Of a DNA stretch of 64,000 nt, positions 38,019-48,427 are shown one piece after another. The DNA lies in the IMG/VR virus record IMGVR_UViG_3300025126_000736; one strand, written 5' to 3'. The notes beneath the pieces were generated by a model, which saw nothing but the letters and a program-made list of their open reading frames with translations, was not told the origin of the DNA and did not search any database. Numbering within the stretch: position 1 is the stretch's first letter; every line of letters starts with the position of its first letter. Made by a program: the position numbers and the translations under genes. Origin of the DNA: an uncultured virus (IMG/VR IMGVR_UViG_3300025126_000736) (taxonomy: Duplodnaviria > Heunggongvirae > Uroviricota > Caudoviricetes).

Positions 38019-40658
38019 ATGAAGGCAAATAAAACTCAATCACTAATAAATCACAGTAGAAAAATAGAGGATTTATCTTATAAAATACTGGATAATTTGA
38101 GTATAAATTATAATGATTTTCTTCCAGAAAAAACAATAAAAAAAATAATAAAATATGTGGCACTGTTCCATGACATAGGAAAAGTAGATCCTAATTTTCA
38201 ATTATTTATTGATGATAAAGCAACGAGTGATTATTCTAGTAATGGTGTGCATTTAAGTAAAAAAGGATTTTCTTTTGAGGATTACTTTAGGCATAATGAG
38301 TTATCTTTTTTCTTAGTAAATGAGTTAGTTGAGAAAATAAATGGACTAAATGCAATTCAATTAAAAATAGTTAAAAACATAGTGCTTTGGCATCACGCTG
38401 CCCCCATAAGAAAAGAAAGTATTACGTCTTCTTTTATTAAGGGAAAGCTAAGGCCGTCAAAAGATTTATTGAAGATTAATTTTGAAAAATATATTAATGA
38501 GATGAATGAGCCAGATTTAAAATTAAGAGATTTTGAAAACATTTGGTGTTGTGATGAATACAATATGTATAAATACAAAATGTTTTACAGTGAAGACGCA
38601 AGAGATAAGACTTTAGTAGATATAAAAGACGATATTAATATAGAGGCGACAATATCATTAATTAAAACAATAATAATAACTGCTGATCGCTTAATATCAT
38701 CTTTAGAGGGAAGAATTGATAATTTTGAAAATATTTTTAAAGATATTTTTAGTGAGAATTTGGAAGAAAGTAATTTATCAAAACAAATAGGATTAATGGA
38801 AAAGAATTTTTATCCAGAAAGCGCACAAAGTAAAAAGCAGAGTAGTGCTTGTAAGGAATTATTAAAATTTAAAGACAGAATATCAATATTGGATGCCCCT
38901 GCTGGTGCAGGAAAAACAAAAACTTCATTGCAGTGGGCTAAAATAAATAATGCAAAAAAAATATATTACATTGTGCCTAGGGCTATTATAGCTGAGGAAC
39001 TTTTTCAAGAAATGAGAAAAGATTATTTACCTTCGCATGTAAAATATGAGCTTGTGACGGGTGATAAAAAAATAAGATGGGATGGAAAAAAAGAGGTAGA
39101 ATTAGATCATGATAGTGTATTATTTAATTCAGAGATAATATTTACGACAATAGACCAAGTTATTAAGTCAGTGACTACGCATAAAAATATAACACTTTTG
39201 CTTGATTTAATGTTAAGTCATATAGTTTTTGATGAATATCATGAATATTATAAAATGTCTGGAATTGACTTATTATTTGCTGAAATAATAAGATTGAAGG
39301 GGTTAATGAAGGAGCCAAATACATTAATTATGTCAGCTACTCCGAATTATTATATGTTAGAGAATTTTTTAGGAATATATAATAAAAGAAGCAGTAATAA
39401 TTCAATAGTATGTTTTGAAAGTGTAAACCAAGAAAAGTTTTTGATTGAGTATTTGCCTTATGAGGAAAATGATTTTATTACAGCTAACACTATTTTATTT
39501 GAACAAGAATGTTCTGACTTAAAATTAAAAAGAGCTGAGGTTGATAATATTGAAAAAGAAAAGAATCCGTTTTTCCAAACTCATAAAAATGATATAAAAA
39601 CAATAGTTATTTCAAATACTGCAACAACTGCACAATTGTCATATATAGTGAATGGTGAGAAAGAAAAGTCATTATTAGCACATTCAAAATATAATAAGTC
39701 TGCTAAAAAAGATATATTAAGTAATATAAAAAAGGAATTTAAGTTATTAGATAGTAAGGAATGCACTGTGTTGAGGAGTGGCCCTATTGTCCAAGCATCA
39801 TTAAATATAACATCAAATAAATTAATTACAGAAGCAACTACAATTGAAAATACTCTTCAGCGATTGGGTAGATTAAATCGTTTTGGTGATAAAATTGTTG
39901 GAGAATTTATTATAGCGATATCAAGTAATTTTTTTATTGTAGGAGATGATTATAAGGTCAAAGATAGTAAGGTATTTGATTTATTAGGGAAGAATAATTC
40001 TAAAAAATCAAGTATATTATGGTTAAAATTTTTACAAAAAGAATTAGGAGTAAAAGTTGGCTTAAAAACAAGTTTTAGTATAAAGGAAATGTACGATATT
40101 TATAAAGGATTTTATAGCAAGGAAGAACATTTGGAGGTATTAGGTGAAGAATTAATAGTTTCTCTTAGAGATAGTTGTAAAAATATAGATAAAAACATTG
40201 TAGACCCAATCGAATTAATAGGTAAGAAAAATATAAAAGAAAAGGTAGTTAAGTTATCAAAACATTCATTAAGATCACAAGGATTTTACACTAAGATGGC
40301 GATTTACAATATGAATGAGAATTCTATGGTATTGGATAATGAATATATGGAGGAAGTTTCAATATCAAGAAGAGATTTGCTTTTATATAATGAAGATTTT
40401 AAATTTATAAGTGATACAAAGAAGAAGCTTGATATTATTTATAAAGATATGAAGAAAAGTGAAATAAAAAGAATAAAAAAACTAAACGATCAGCAGTTTT
40501 TGAGTTTATCTAGAGATTTAAGTTGTCCAATATTTGTATCATATAGTTTGGAAGACTTAGAGAAAATGAATAAGAGTGAGCAAGATGAAGAATCTATAAT
40601 TTATATAAAATCAAAAAAACAAGATGTAGGTTATATAAAAATAAAAAAATTAAAGTAA
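38019..40658 (+). CDS. cas3: Cas3 HD nuclease-helicase (no N-terminal Cas2 domain)
   Basis: LINHS, HDIGK, RHNE, WHH, ADRL HD motifs; APAGAGKT, DEYH, SAT, QRLGRLNR helicase motifs; track ORF 37992..40658, ATG at 38019. Confidence 0.95.
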   Translation: MKANKTQSLINHSRKIEDLSYKILDNLSINYNDFLPEKTIKKIIKYVALFHDIGKVDPNFQLFIDDKATSDYSSNGVHLSKKGFSFEDYFRHNELSFFLVNELVEKINGLNAIQLKIVKNIVLWHHAAPIRKESITSSFIKGKLRPSKDLLKINFEKYINEMNEPDLKLRDFENIWCCDEYNMYKYKMFYSEDARDKTLVDIKDDINIEATISLIKTIIITADRLISSLEGRIDNFENIFKDIFSENLEESNLSKQIGLMEKNFYPESAQSKKQSSACKELLKFKDRISILDAPAGAGKTKTSLQWAKINNAKKIYYIVPRAIIAEELFQEMRKDYLPSHVKYELVTGDKKIRWDGKKEVELDHDSVLFNSEIIFTTIDQVIKSVTTHKNITLLLDLMLSHIVFDEYHEYYKMSGIDLLFAEIIRLKGLMKEPNTLIMSATPNYYMLENFLGIYNKRSSNNSIVCFESVNQEKFLIEYLPYEENDFITANTILFEQECSDLKLKRAEVDNIEKEKNPFFQTHKNDIKTIVISNTATTAQLSYIVNGEKEKSLLAHSKYNKSAKKDILSNIKKEFKLLDSKECTVLRSGPIVQASLNITSNKLITEATTIENTLQRLGRLNRFGDKIVGEFIIAISSNFFIVGDDYKVKDSKVFDLLGKNNSKKSSILWLKFLQKELGVKVGLKTSFSIKEMYDIYKGFYSKEEHLEVLGEELIVSLRDSCKNIDKNIVDPIELIGKKNIKEKVVKLSKHSLRSQGFYTKMAIYNMNENSMVLDNEYMEEVSISRRDLLLYNEDFKFISDTKKKLDIIYKDMKKSEIKRIKKLNDQQFLSLSRDLSCPIFVSYSLEDLEKMNKSEQDEESIIYIKSKKQDVGYIKIKKLK

Positions 40659-40678
40659 ATAAAAAAAAGGAAAATAAA

Positions 40679-41650
40679 ATGGAAAAAGTTGAAGGAATAA
40701 AAAGTGTTGATTTTTTAATAAGGGCTTCAGGAAATGGTGTTGTTAACTGGAATGGTACCACTCCAGTGCGTGGTTTGGATGGTAAGGAATTAAATAATCA
40801 TATGTTGCCAAAACTAAGAGGTTATAATAATGAGACAGGTAAAATAAAAGAAGAAAATGGATATCGTTATAAAAAATTAGCAACTGAGATAAATTTTAAA
40901 GAAACCCCGCTATATGTTAGTCAGAATTGTATAAGACATCATTTATTTAAAGACCAATCAAGTGATATGCATTTTGCTTCAAAAAAAGGAAGTAATTTGG
41001 ATTCAAAGTTTTTACTAATGTCAATTAGTGGTTTACTGAGAGGCTATGTTATACCAAGCACTCAATGTAAAAGAAAATCAGCATTAATAATGACTGATTT
41101 TGTTGACGAATTAGGAAATGGAAATTTTGAACAATTTGGAAATTCTGGTGAAAAAGATTCTAATTCAATTTACTCTAAAACAACGTTTGGAGAGACAAAA
41201 TATAATGCTAAAGGATCTATATCAATTGAAGACTTGCAGTTTATATCATTGGATAAGAAATTTGATAGAGAATCATATGTTGTAAAAAATGAAGTAGAGG
41301 GTCATAAGTTAGCAAAAGAATTAACGGAATTTTTGAAAGAACTTGACCCATTAAGTAATAGTAAACCTTTAGCTGAATTTGGAGAATACTATAGAAAGGG
41401 AAGCATTTATAGAGAGTGTGAAAGCGGAATATTAATAAATCAAGATGGGTTAAAAATATTAATAAAAATACAGCTTGAGTTAATAGAAAACTTATCTATA
41501 AAGCAAGCAAAGGGCTGGTTGCAGGTGGAATCTTTAGAATTGGATTATAATAACTCTTCAAAAATGTTTAGACTTGAGAAAAACAAGATGGAAGTATTAG
41601 AGGATTTAGAGGACGATTTTGCGGTATACTACGTAAAGAAGGGGGAGTAA
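40679..41650 (+). CDS. cas7fv: type I-Fv (I-F2) Cascade backbone Cas7fv
   Basis: GIKSVDF...GVVNWNG...NHMLPKLRGY...TPLYVSQNCIRHHLF...LGNGNFEQ...LQFISLDKKFDR, recognisably like Shewanella putrefaciens Cas7fv. Confidence 0.93.
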   Translation: MEKVEGIKSVDFLIRASGNGVVNWNGTTPVRGLDGKELNNHMLPKLRGYNNETGKIKEENGYRYKKLATEINFKETPLYVSQNCIRHHLFKDQSSDMHFASKKGSNLDSKFLLMSISGLLRGYVIPSTQCKRKSALIMTDFVDELGNGNFEQFGNSGEKDSNSIYSKTTFGETKYNAKGSISIEDLQFISLDKKFDRESYVVKNEVEGHKLAKELTEFLKELDPLSNSKPLAEFGEYYRKGSIYRECESGILINQDGLKILIKIQLELIENLSIKQAKGWLQVESLELDYNNSSKMFRLEKNKMEVLEDLEDDFAVYYVKKGE

Positions 41651-41703
41651 CATAGCTGATATTTAATTAATTTAAATCAGATAAGTTATTTAGGAATAAA
41701 ATT

Positions 41704-42738
41704 ATGATAATAAAAATAGTATATGAGTCAAAATGGGGGAACTCATTTTTGGATGGTATCGCTGGTGAAAATAGAAATTATGCAGTGTCGTTATCTAAAA
41801 TGAATAACGGAAGTAATAAGAATAATGCAAAATCAATATATAAAGAAAGGGATATTTCTATAAACACGGTGTATGGTTTGTTATATCGTTTCCTTGGCGC
41901 AAGGAAGCCATTGTTTAAAATGTTGGAAGAAATAAATAATGAAGATGTTTTAGGGAAAATAATAGACGAAGATAAAATTAGTTTTAATAATGAAATAAAG
42001 ACAAAAACAGATGAATTAGTTTTTTTAAGAAGCACGATGTTGAGTAATGATCAAAATAGTTATTCAGGCATACCAGATGAGTCAATATTATTAAATAATG
42101 GTATACAAGAGATATTTAGTATTTTCGAATACAGTAGAGCAGAATTAATTAATTATATTGTTAATAACAATAAAGTGTTAAAGAAAATAAAAAATATATC
42201 AATAATTGAGTTGTCAGAAAAATTAGAAAACGCAAGAAAAGATAGTGATTTCAAGATAAATGATAAAGACCAAGTTGAATTATTAAGTAATATAAATAAT
42301 TTACTATTTGGTGTTCCTTTAATTGTAGATAAATCTAACTTAATGTTGGTCGCATTCAATAAAATGTCAATTGATTTTTTTTCAAACAATACTATTAATG
42401 AAAAAGATTTGAGATTTTTATCAAGCAAAAAAACATTTGCGGGGATAAGTTTGAATGGAAATTCATTTACTTTAAAAGATTTTATGAAAAAGTTTTCAAA
42501 TTCAAAAATAGTATATGGAAATCCATATAAGACAGATTTTTGGGTAGAAAATCCAAGTAATGGAAAAAACATGAAATTTAATAAAGGGTTAACAAAGCAA
42601 AACGGTGTATTAACAATTGATATTGACATTGATTATGATGAATCATTAGAATTAAAAAAGTTAATAGATTTTGCTGGTGTCCCCAGTTTTTATCTGGGGA
42701 AAAAGGGGTTTGCATATATAGATGAAATAATAATTTAA
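41704..42738 (+). CDS. cas5fv: type I-Fv Cas5fv
   Basis: I.YES.W.NSFL N-terminus, TVYGLLYRFLG, AGVPSFYLGKKGFAYI C-terminus. Confidence 0.88.
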   Translation: MIIKIVYESKWGNSFLDGIAGENRNYAVSLSKMNNGSNKNNAKSIYKERDISINTVYGLLYRFLGARKPLFKMLEEINNEDVLGKIIDEDKISFNNEIKTKTDELVFLRSTMLSNDQNSYSGIPDESILLNNGIQEIFSIFEYSRAELINYIVNNNKVLKKIKNISIIELSEKLENARKDSDFKINDKDQVELLSNINNLLFGVPLIVDKSNLMLVAFNKMSIDFFSNNTINEKDLRFLSSKKTFAGISLNGNSFTLKDFMKKFSNSKIVYGNPYKTDFWVENPSNGKNMKFNKGLTKQNGVLTIDIDIDYDESLELKKLIDFAGVPSFYLGKKGFAYIDEIII

Positions 42739-42749
42739 GGAATAAGAAA

Positions 42750-43373
42750 ATGTATTATGAATATTTAATTTTTAGCGAAATAATGCCAACTAGATTAACC
42801 TTGCATTCTGTGGTTTCTCATTTTTTTGGAACGAAAGACTTAAGTAAAATAAAGTACAGAGTAGAAATGGAAGCTAATATAATAAGGATAAAAACCGATA
42901 AATTTTTAGAAGGTGATTTTGAAATAGAATTGGTTAATTTAAAAAACAAAAAATTTAAATGTAAATTATTTAAAGTTAATGAATGTAAGAATATTGATTT
43001 CAAAGAAGATTCTTATACTGTTTGTGGCATTATAGAATATGGAGTTAATTCATTAGCTCCAATAAAGGAATCAGTGAAGCGAGTGAGATGTAAGCGTTGT
43101 CCTATACATTTAGGCAAGTTTCAAGGTGGGTTAGAGAAGATTTTTAAGGAAAATATAGAAAAAAAAATGGGCGTAAAAGTAATTGAAATGACAAACACTT
43201 CATTTAATAGAATGCCTTCAGAAGAATTGCTGAAAGATAAAGTACAGTTAAATAATTTAATTTATATGAATTTGAAGGTTAAAGTTGTTAATAAAGATCT
43301 TTTTAATGAACTTCAGTATAAATCTATTTTTCAGAAAAAAAGCTATGGACTTGGAAATATAAATATTATATAA
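42750..43373 (+). CDS. cas6: divergent Cas6 family endoribonuclease
   Basis: Last gene of the cas operon; C-terminal IFQKKSYGLG G-loop; N-terminal LHSVVSHFF. Confidence 0.7.
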   Translation: MYYEYLIFSEIMPTRLTLHSVVSHFFGTKDLSKIKYRVEMEANIIRIKTDKFLEGDFEIELVNLKNKKFKCKLFKVNECKNIDFKEDSYTVCGIIEYGVNSLAPIKESVKRVRCKRCPIHLGKFQGGLEKIFKENIEKKMGVKVIEMTNTSFNRMPSEELLKDKVQLNNLIYMNLKVKVVNKDLFNELQYKSIFQKKSYGLGNINII

Positions 43374-43572
43374 GTAAAAAGAAATTTGATTTAAATCCAA
43401 AATATAAAAAAAAGAAGTATTATGTTATGGTGGATAACTATTAAAGAATCAGCTTGCATTTTAAATAGATATATGAGGGAAAATATTGCATAAATAATAT
43501 AAATAACTCTTTTATAATAATTAAATAGTAAGCTTAATTAAATAAAAATAATCATTAAATAGAGGTGGCAAA

Positions 43573-44001
43573 ATGAATGGGCTTAGTAAATTAGAAAAAA
43601 AAGATTACACAACAGTGTTAATTATAAATAAACTTTTGAAAGAATATCCAAATAAAATTGATTTACGTCATTTAGATTTGTATGAAGATTTTTCTATTAT
43701 TTATGATGATGTTGGAAAAAAGAAATTTGCTAGTTATTTTAGAGAATCTGTTAAGGGGTTGAATGAAAAAAAAATAATATCAATAAGTAATAATGATTAC
43801 GAAACAAGTAAAAACAACACTTTGAGCGGCTCAGGAGAATACTCATTAGCACTCAATATAATACTAAAAGAAGCAGGGTTAGAAAAAATAGAAAAATCGA
43901 GCTTAATTAAAATTATTCCAAAAGACATTAAGAAAGGACTAGTAGATGCCGCAACAGCAACATTGATGAAAAAAGCAATAGATTATATTTTTGGTATTTA
44001 A
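43573..44001 (+). CDS. hypothetical protein
   Basis: 142-aa ORF, GAGGTG RBS. Confidence 0.6.
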   Translation: MNGLSKLEKKDYTTVLIINKLLKEYPNKIDLRHLDLYEDFSIIYDDVGKKKFASYFRESVKGLNEKKIISISNNDYETSKNNTLSGSGEYSLALNIILKEAGLEKIEKSSLIKIIPKDIKKGLVDAATATLMKKAIDYIFGI

Positions 44002-44147
44002 TGGATTCAAATTAATAAAAATAAGAAAGTATGATCACATTTATATGTGATTAAAAGTTAGTAAAAAATAAGATAATTACAAAATAACAGCAAATAATTT
44101 AAATAAAAAAATCCATATTTGATTAAAAATATAGATTTTTATTTTAA

Positions 44148-44315
44148 TTATTTAATTAAGTAGTGCGTTGTAATTTTTTGGTCAAAAAACTTTTTGGTAA
44201 TTGTTTTTACTCGACAAAAGCAAAGCACTTTTGTTTTTGTCATAAATGATTTTGCAGAACCAACAACCACAGATCTTGGCAAAAATATAAAATGTTCTTT
44301 TTCTTTAATCATCAT
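44148..44315 (-). CDS. small hypothetical protein (55 aa, not in the ORF track)
   Basis: AAGGGTGG RBS; MMIKEKEHFIFLPRSVV...HYLIK*; TTGACT promoter upstream. Confidence 0.45.
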   Translation of the reverse strand: MMIKEKEHFIFLPRSVVVGSAKSFMTKTKVLCFCRVKTITKKFFDQKITTHYLIK

Positions 44316-44397
44316 AAATCCACCCTTAGTTAAATATCTATAATATGTTATAATTATATCATTATTGCTGAAAAAGTCAATATAATGTAGTCAAAGG

Positions 44398-46368
44398 TTA
44401 AAACTTAAAATAATTTCCTTTTTCAATTTCAGTAATACTGGTGCCTAACTCATTAAAACGATTAATGATTGTTTTTTTATCTTTATTTCCAAGTAATAAC
44501 GTTGCTGAAAGTAAAGGAATATTATTGAACCAGCGATAAATCTCAAAATCAGTTTCAAGATCGGTAACAGTGAAAAAGTTTGCTTTAATTCCACTGTTAT
44601 TTAATGTTTTGGCTCTAATTTTTTCAAGTTTTAAAGAAATATCATAGAAAGTAACAAAATATTGTAACTCTTTTGGTAATGATAAGCCATACTTTTGTGA
44701 AAAAAGCTCAAATATTTCTGTTTTACTTAATGATAAGTTAAGCAAATATTTTATTTTTGTATCTTCATGTAAGTATTGAATATTAGATAGTGTAAGCGCC
44801 TTTTTAACTGTTTTGGTTGCCACGACATTTTCAAAAAGATCGATAATTGGAATAGTATGTTTTTGATTTTTAGTCACTGCAACACCGTCAATAAGTGATA
44901 GAAACTCAGAATCAACAAGTAATGCATCCATATTTTTAATAAGAAATGTTTGCATTGAGCGTTTAAAATCATCGTAAAATAAGTCAAAGTAATGAATATT
45001 GTAATATGTATATAGCGTTAACTTATTCATTTTGGCTAATTGAAGTTGGCCTTTACGAAGTTCTTCAACAGTGCCAATATTATTGCTTCTTAAAGGGTTA
45101 ATAAGAAGCCCATCTCGCTCAATACCTAAGTATCCTTTGGCATAAGGTGAGTGGCTAATAGTATAGGCATTAAACTCTTCTTTTGAGAAAGAGTTTGGTT
45201 TAACGACTTTCTTAAAGTAGTCGCCTAAGTCACAATCATTTTTTTTAAAGTTCGTTTTAATATCAAAAAAACAATCAACATCATCACTTTTATAATTGAC
45301 GACATCCATATTTAAAATGTCTTGATATAAATCATCAAGTGGCGCTAAAAAATCATATTTACCCGTAAATCGTAAATCATCAAAAGTGACATCTTGAATT
45401 GCTGTAGTGGGTAAGTCACGCAACATAGGTAGAGTGCTATGCTCTGTCTCATTTGAATGAGTAGAGATTAAAAACTTGCTGTCAGTTTCATTGTCTTTAC
45501 GTTTTTCACTACTTGAAAGAATATTGATGACGCTAATAATAATAAGTTTATTAATAAAAGGTAGTGCCTGAAAATCACTAATATTATTAAGTATTGAAAG
45601 ATCTGTGCCTTGATCTGTGCTTTTATTTTTGCTAATAAGTTTGATTTCATGGTTTTTATTGGCGATATGGTTTGTGTTAATGCTATTGCCTGATAACCCT
45701 TGTCGCCCAATAACTTTGCTGTGGAAGTCAACAATTGTGATCCCATTAGATTGGAGGGATGCAAGAATAAACCCACCACCATGTTTAAATGCGTTGCCGA
45801 TAGTTTTATTGTATGGGGCATTAAATAAGTAAAAACCATACTCTTTCCCTTTTAACTCAGAAAGGACTTGACTGTGGAACTTTACTTTACCAATACTTTC
45901 ATTAAATTTATTAGAATAAGTTGTTAGCTCTTGATTGGAAGGAATAAAAACAATGTTTGCTTGTGAGTACTCAATAATTGATTGGGTAATAACGTATGCA
46001 ATAATTTCGTCCCAGTTTTTATATTCATCAAGATTAATGATTGCTTCAAACTCTTTTTTAATTTTATTGAGTTCACTAACATGTTTTGTTAAATATTGTT
46101 GACTAAAATTGTTGTAGTTTTTTAGAAAAGACACAAAGCTATTAGACTCAATAAAGCTGCCAATTTGTAGTGACTCCGACTTTATATTGGAGTAAATATT
46201 TGAAATAATAGTATTTTTTGCAAACTCATTTTCAGCACTATCATTAAGGATTGTTTTTAATGTGCTAAATTTTGAAAGAAAGTTTGTGTCATTACTTTTA
46301 ATGGCGTGTGCATTTTCCTTTTTAACAAAAAAGTCTAAGACGTCATTAATTGTGTTGTTGTTGTCCAT
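44398..46368 (-). CDS. large hypothetical protein
   Basis: 656-aa ORF, TTGACT-17-TATAAT promoter. Confidence 0.75.
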   Translation of the reverse strand: MDNNNTINDVLDFFVKKENAHAIKSNDTNFLSKFSTLKTILNDSAENEFAKNTIISNIYSNIKSESLQIGSFIESNSFVSFLKNYNNFSQQYLTKHVSELNKIKKEFEAIINLDEYKNWDEIIAYVITQSIIEYSQANIVFIPSNQELTTYSNKFNESIGKVKFHSQVLSELKGKEYGFYLFNAPYNKTIGNAFKHGGGFILASLQSNGITIVDFHSKVIGRQGLSGNSINTNHIANKNHEIKLISKNKSTDQGTDLSILNNISDFQALPFINKLIIISVINILSSSEKRKDNETDSKFLISTHSNETEHSTLPMLRDLPTTAIQDVTFDDLRFTGKYDFLAPLDDLYQDILNMDVVNYKSDDVDCFFDIKTNFKKNDCDLGDYFKKVVKPNSFSKEEFNAYTISHSPYAKGYLGIERDGLLINPLRSNNIGTVEELRKGQLQLAKMNKLTLYTYYNIHYFDLFYDDFKRSMQTFLIKNMDALLVDSEFLSLIDGVAVTKNQKHTIPIIDLFENVVATKTVKKALTLSNIQYLHEDTKIKYLLNLSLSKTEIFELFSQKYGLSLPKELQYFVTFYDISLKLEKIRAKTLNNSGIKANFFTVTDLETDFEIYRWFNNIPLLSATLLLGNKDKKTIINRFNELGTSITEIEKGNYFKF

Positions 46369-46451
46369 AAAAATCTCTTTAATGATAATTTGAGTGAGTT
46401 TGAATTATAACCAAAATAGTTAGGTTAGTCAAGAAAAATAGCAAGGTAGTG

Positions 46452-46958
46452 TTAAGTAATTAGCTGATGATAGTCAAAAATGTCACCAGTCTTAACATTA
46501 TATCTCACTATTTGTGCGTCAATGATAAAAGCAATATGATTAGCCATAATGTCAAATGATTTATTGATTTTGTCTTTATTAACGCCAAGTTCTTCAATGT
46601 GTTTTTTTATCTTAAAGGCTTCTTTGGTATTAAGAAGGCTAATAATAGGCATAAGATAGTCACTGTCTTCGTGTAGGATTTCAGTCCCACAAAACTGATT
46701 AGTCATTACATTGTAAAATATATCAGTGTTGCCTTTGGTTAGCGCCATAATAACCTGAAATAAAATAGGATCAGTGTAAAATAAATCACCTCGTTTTAAA
46801 AAAGGCTTGAAGAATGTTTTGTTAGAAATAAACTGATTTAAAAATAAAATTAATGCAGTGTTTTCAATATTTTTACTAGGTATTTCAAGTGTGTTGCATT
46901 GGCTTTTAATGCTACCTAAGATATGTGCCATTGTAAAAATTTCAAGATCATAGTTCAT
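46452..46958 (-). CDS. hypothetical protein
   Basis: 168-aa ORF. Confidence 0.6.
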   Translation of the reverse strand: MNYDLEIFTMAHILGSIKSQCNTLEIPSKNIENTALILFLNQFISNKTFFKPFLKRGDLFYTDPILFQVIMALTKGNTDIFYNVMTNQFCGTEILHEDSDYLMPIISLLNTKEAFKIKKHIEELGVNKDKINKSFDIMANHIAFIIDAQIVRYNVKTGDIFDYHQLIT

Positions 46959-47122
46959 GGTAAATGCTCGTTAAGACTAATTACTGATATTTTAATTGAA
47001 TGAAGATAAATAGTCAATATCTAATTTTTTTTAAAATAAATAAGTGCGTTTTATTTAAAAATGTTGATAAAGCGATAAAAATGTTGTAAAATAAGCAATA
47101 ATATAAGAATTAGAGGTGCAAA

Positions 47123-48343
47123 ATGTCATTAAGCTTTTTACTTGAAAAAATCCATACGGTCAATGATTTCATTGCACTGTGGGGTGAGGACTTCCCATTA
47201 TTAAAAGAGTTGAAAACGACTATTCAAGATAAAGAGTGGCATGGTGAAGGTGATGTGCATATTCATACTGATTTAGTGCTTTACGAGGTGTATAATATTA
47301 TTAATGACAAGTTATGTAACTTGTGTGAAGATGATAAGATTGCGCTCATTTTAGGCGCTATATTTCATGATATTTGTAAGCCACTTACGACAAAAGAAAA
47401 AGAGTTGAATGGAATTATTAGAGTGGTTGCGCCAAAGCATGAAGAGTATGGTCGAAATTATTTATTTTATAAATTAAATACAATAATTAAAAATAAAAAA
47501 ATATTTAATAACGTATTAGGTATTGTAGGATTTCATCAAACACCCAAAATGTTAGTAATTAGGAACCAGCCAAAAGGTAAGTTTTTTCAACTCGCAAGAC
47601 GAGTGCCATTAAAACTTATTTATCTGTTAGAAATTGCAGATATAAAAGGTAGAACCTGCCCAGACAAAGAAAATCAAATTGATTATTTAGAATTATTTAA
47701 AATATATGCCCAAGAATATAATTTATGGGACGCAAACAATGTATATAAAGATGAAAAAGCATTTATTGACTCTGAATTGACTGATTTTTCTGACTTGACT
47801 AAGCAATATGTGTTTTCTGAATATTGTCGTCAATTTGAAAAGGGAGCAATAGTTTGTCCAGAAGAAGAAATAGCAAGATCTTATCAGTATAGAAATGGTT
47901 TTCCTCACCTAATTGTGAATTGTGGTGTGTCAGGTGTGGGTAAATCTACCTATATTGAAGATAACTATAAAGAGTATAATGTAATATCATTAGATGGGTT
48001 AAGAGAAGAGTTGCTTGGTTCTAGATCAGATCACAGTCATGAGCGAAAAGTATTAGACGAAGCCAAGGCAAGATTAAAAGTATTGCTTGCTAAAAAAGAA
48101 AAAATAATTTGGGATGCAACCAGTTATCGTTCTGATTTTAGAAAGGTGCCATTGGGTTTAGGTTTTAATTATAGGGCTTTTACCGAAATTTCATTATTTA
48201 ATAAGACAAGAAAGGATATATTGGCGCAAAATAAACAAAGAGATACAGATGTTACTGAAAAAATTATTGATATTCAAATGAAAAAATTTGAAGTGCCACA
48301 TATTGAAGAATGTCATAACATTAAAGAAATATATGGCTTTTAA
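47123..48343 (+). CDS. HD-domain phosphohydrolase fused to a P-loop (AAA_33/polynucleotide kinase-like) domain
   Basis: QDKEWHGEGDVHIHT, FHDICKP, ADIKGR; CGVSGVGKST, ISLDGLR, WDAT. Confidence 0.85.
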   Translation: MSLSFLLEKIHTVNDFIALWGEDFPLLKELKTTIQDKEWHGEGDVHIHTDLVLYEVYNIINDKLCNLCEDDKIALILGAIFHDICKPLTTKEKELNGIIRVVAPKHEEYGRNYLFYKLNTIIKNKKIFNNVLGIVGFHQTPKMLVIRNQPKGKFFQLARRVPLKLIYLLEIADIKGRTCPDKENQIDYLELFKIYAQEYNLWDANNVYKDEKAFIDSELTDFSDLTKQYVFSEYCRQFEKGAIVCPEEEIARSYQYRNGFPHLIVNCGVSGVGKSTYIEDNYKEYNVISLDGLREELLGSRSDHSHERKVLDEAKARLKVLLAKKEKIIWDATSYRSDFRKVPLGLGFNYRAFTEISLFNKTRKDILAQNKQRDTDVTEKIIDIQMKKFEVPHIEECHNIKEIYGF

Positions 48344-48427
48344 ACAAAAAGTTTGGTAAAATAACATTGGTAATAAAAAAATACATCAAACGATTAATTA
48401 TTTTTAAATAAAAAGAGGTTTAGATTA

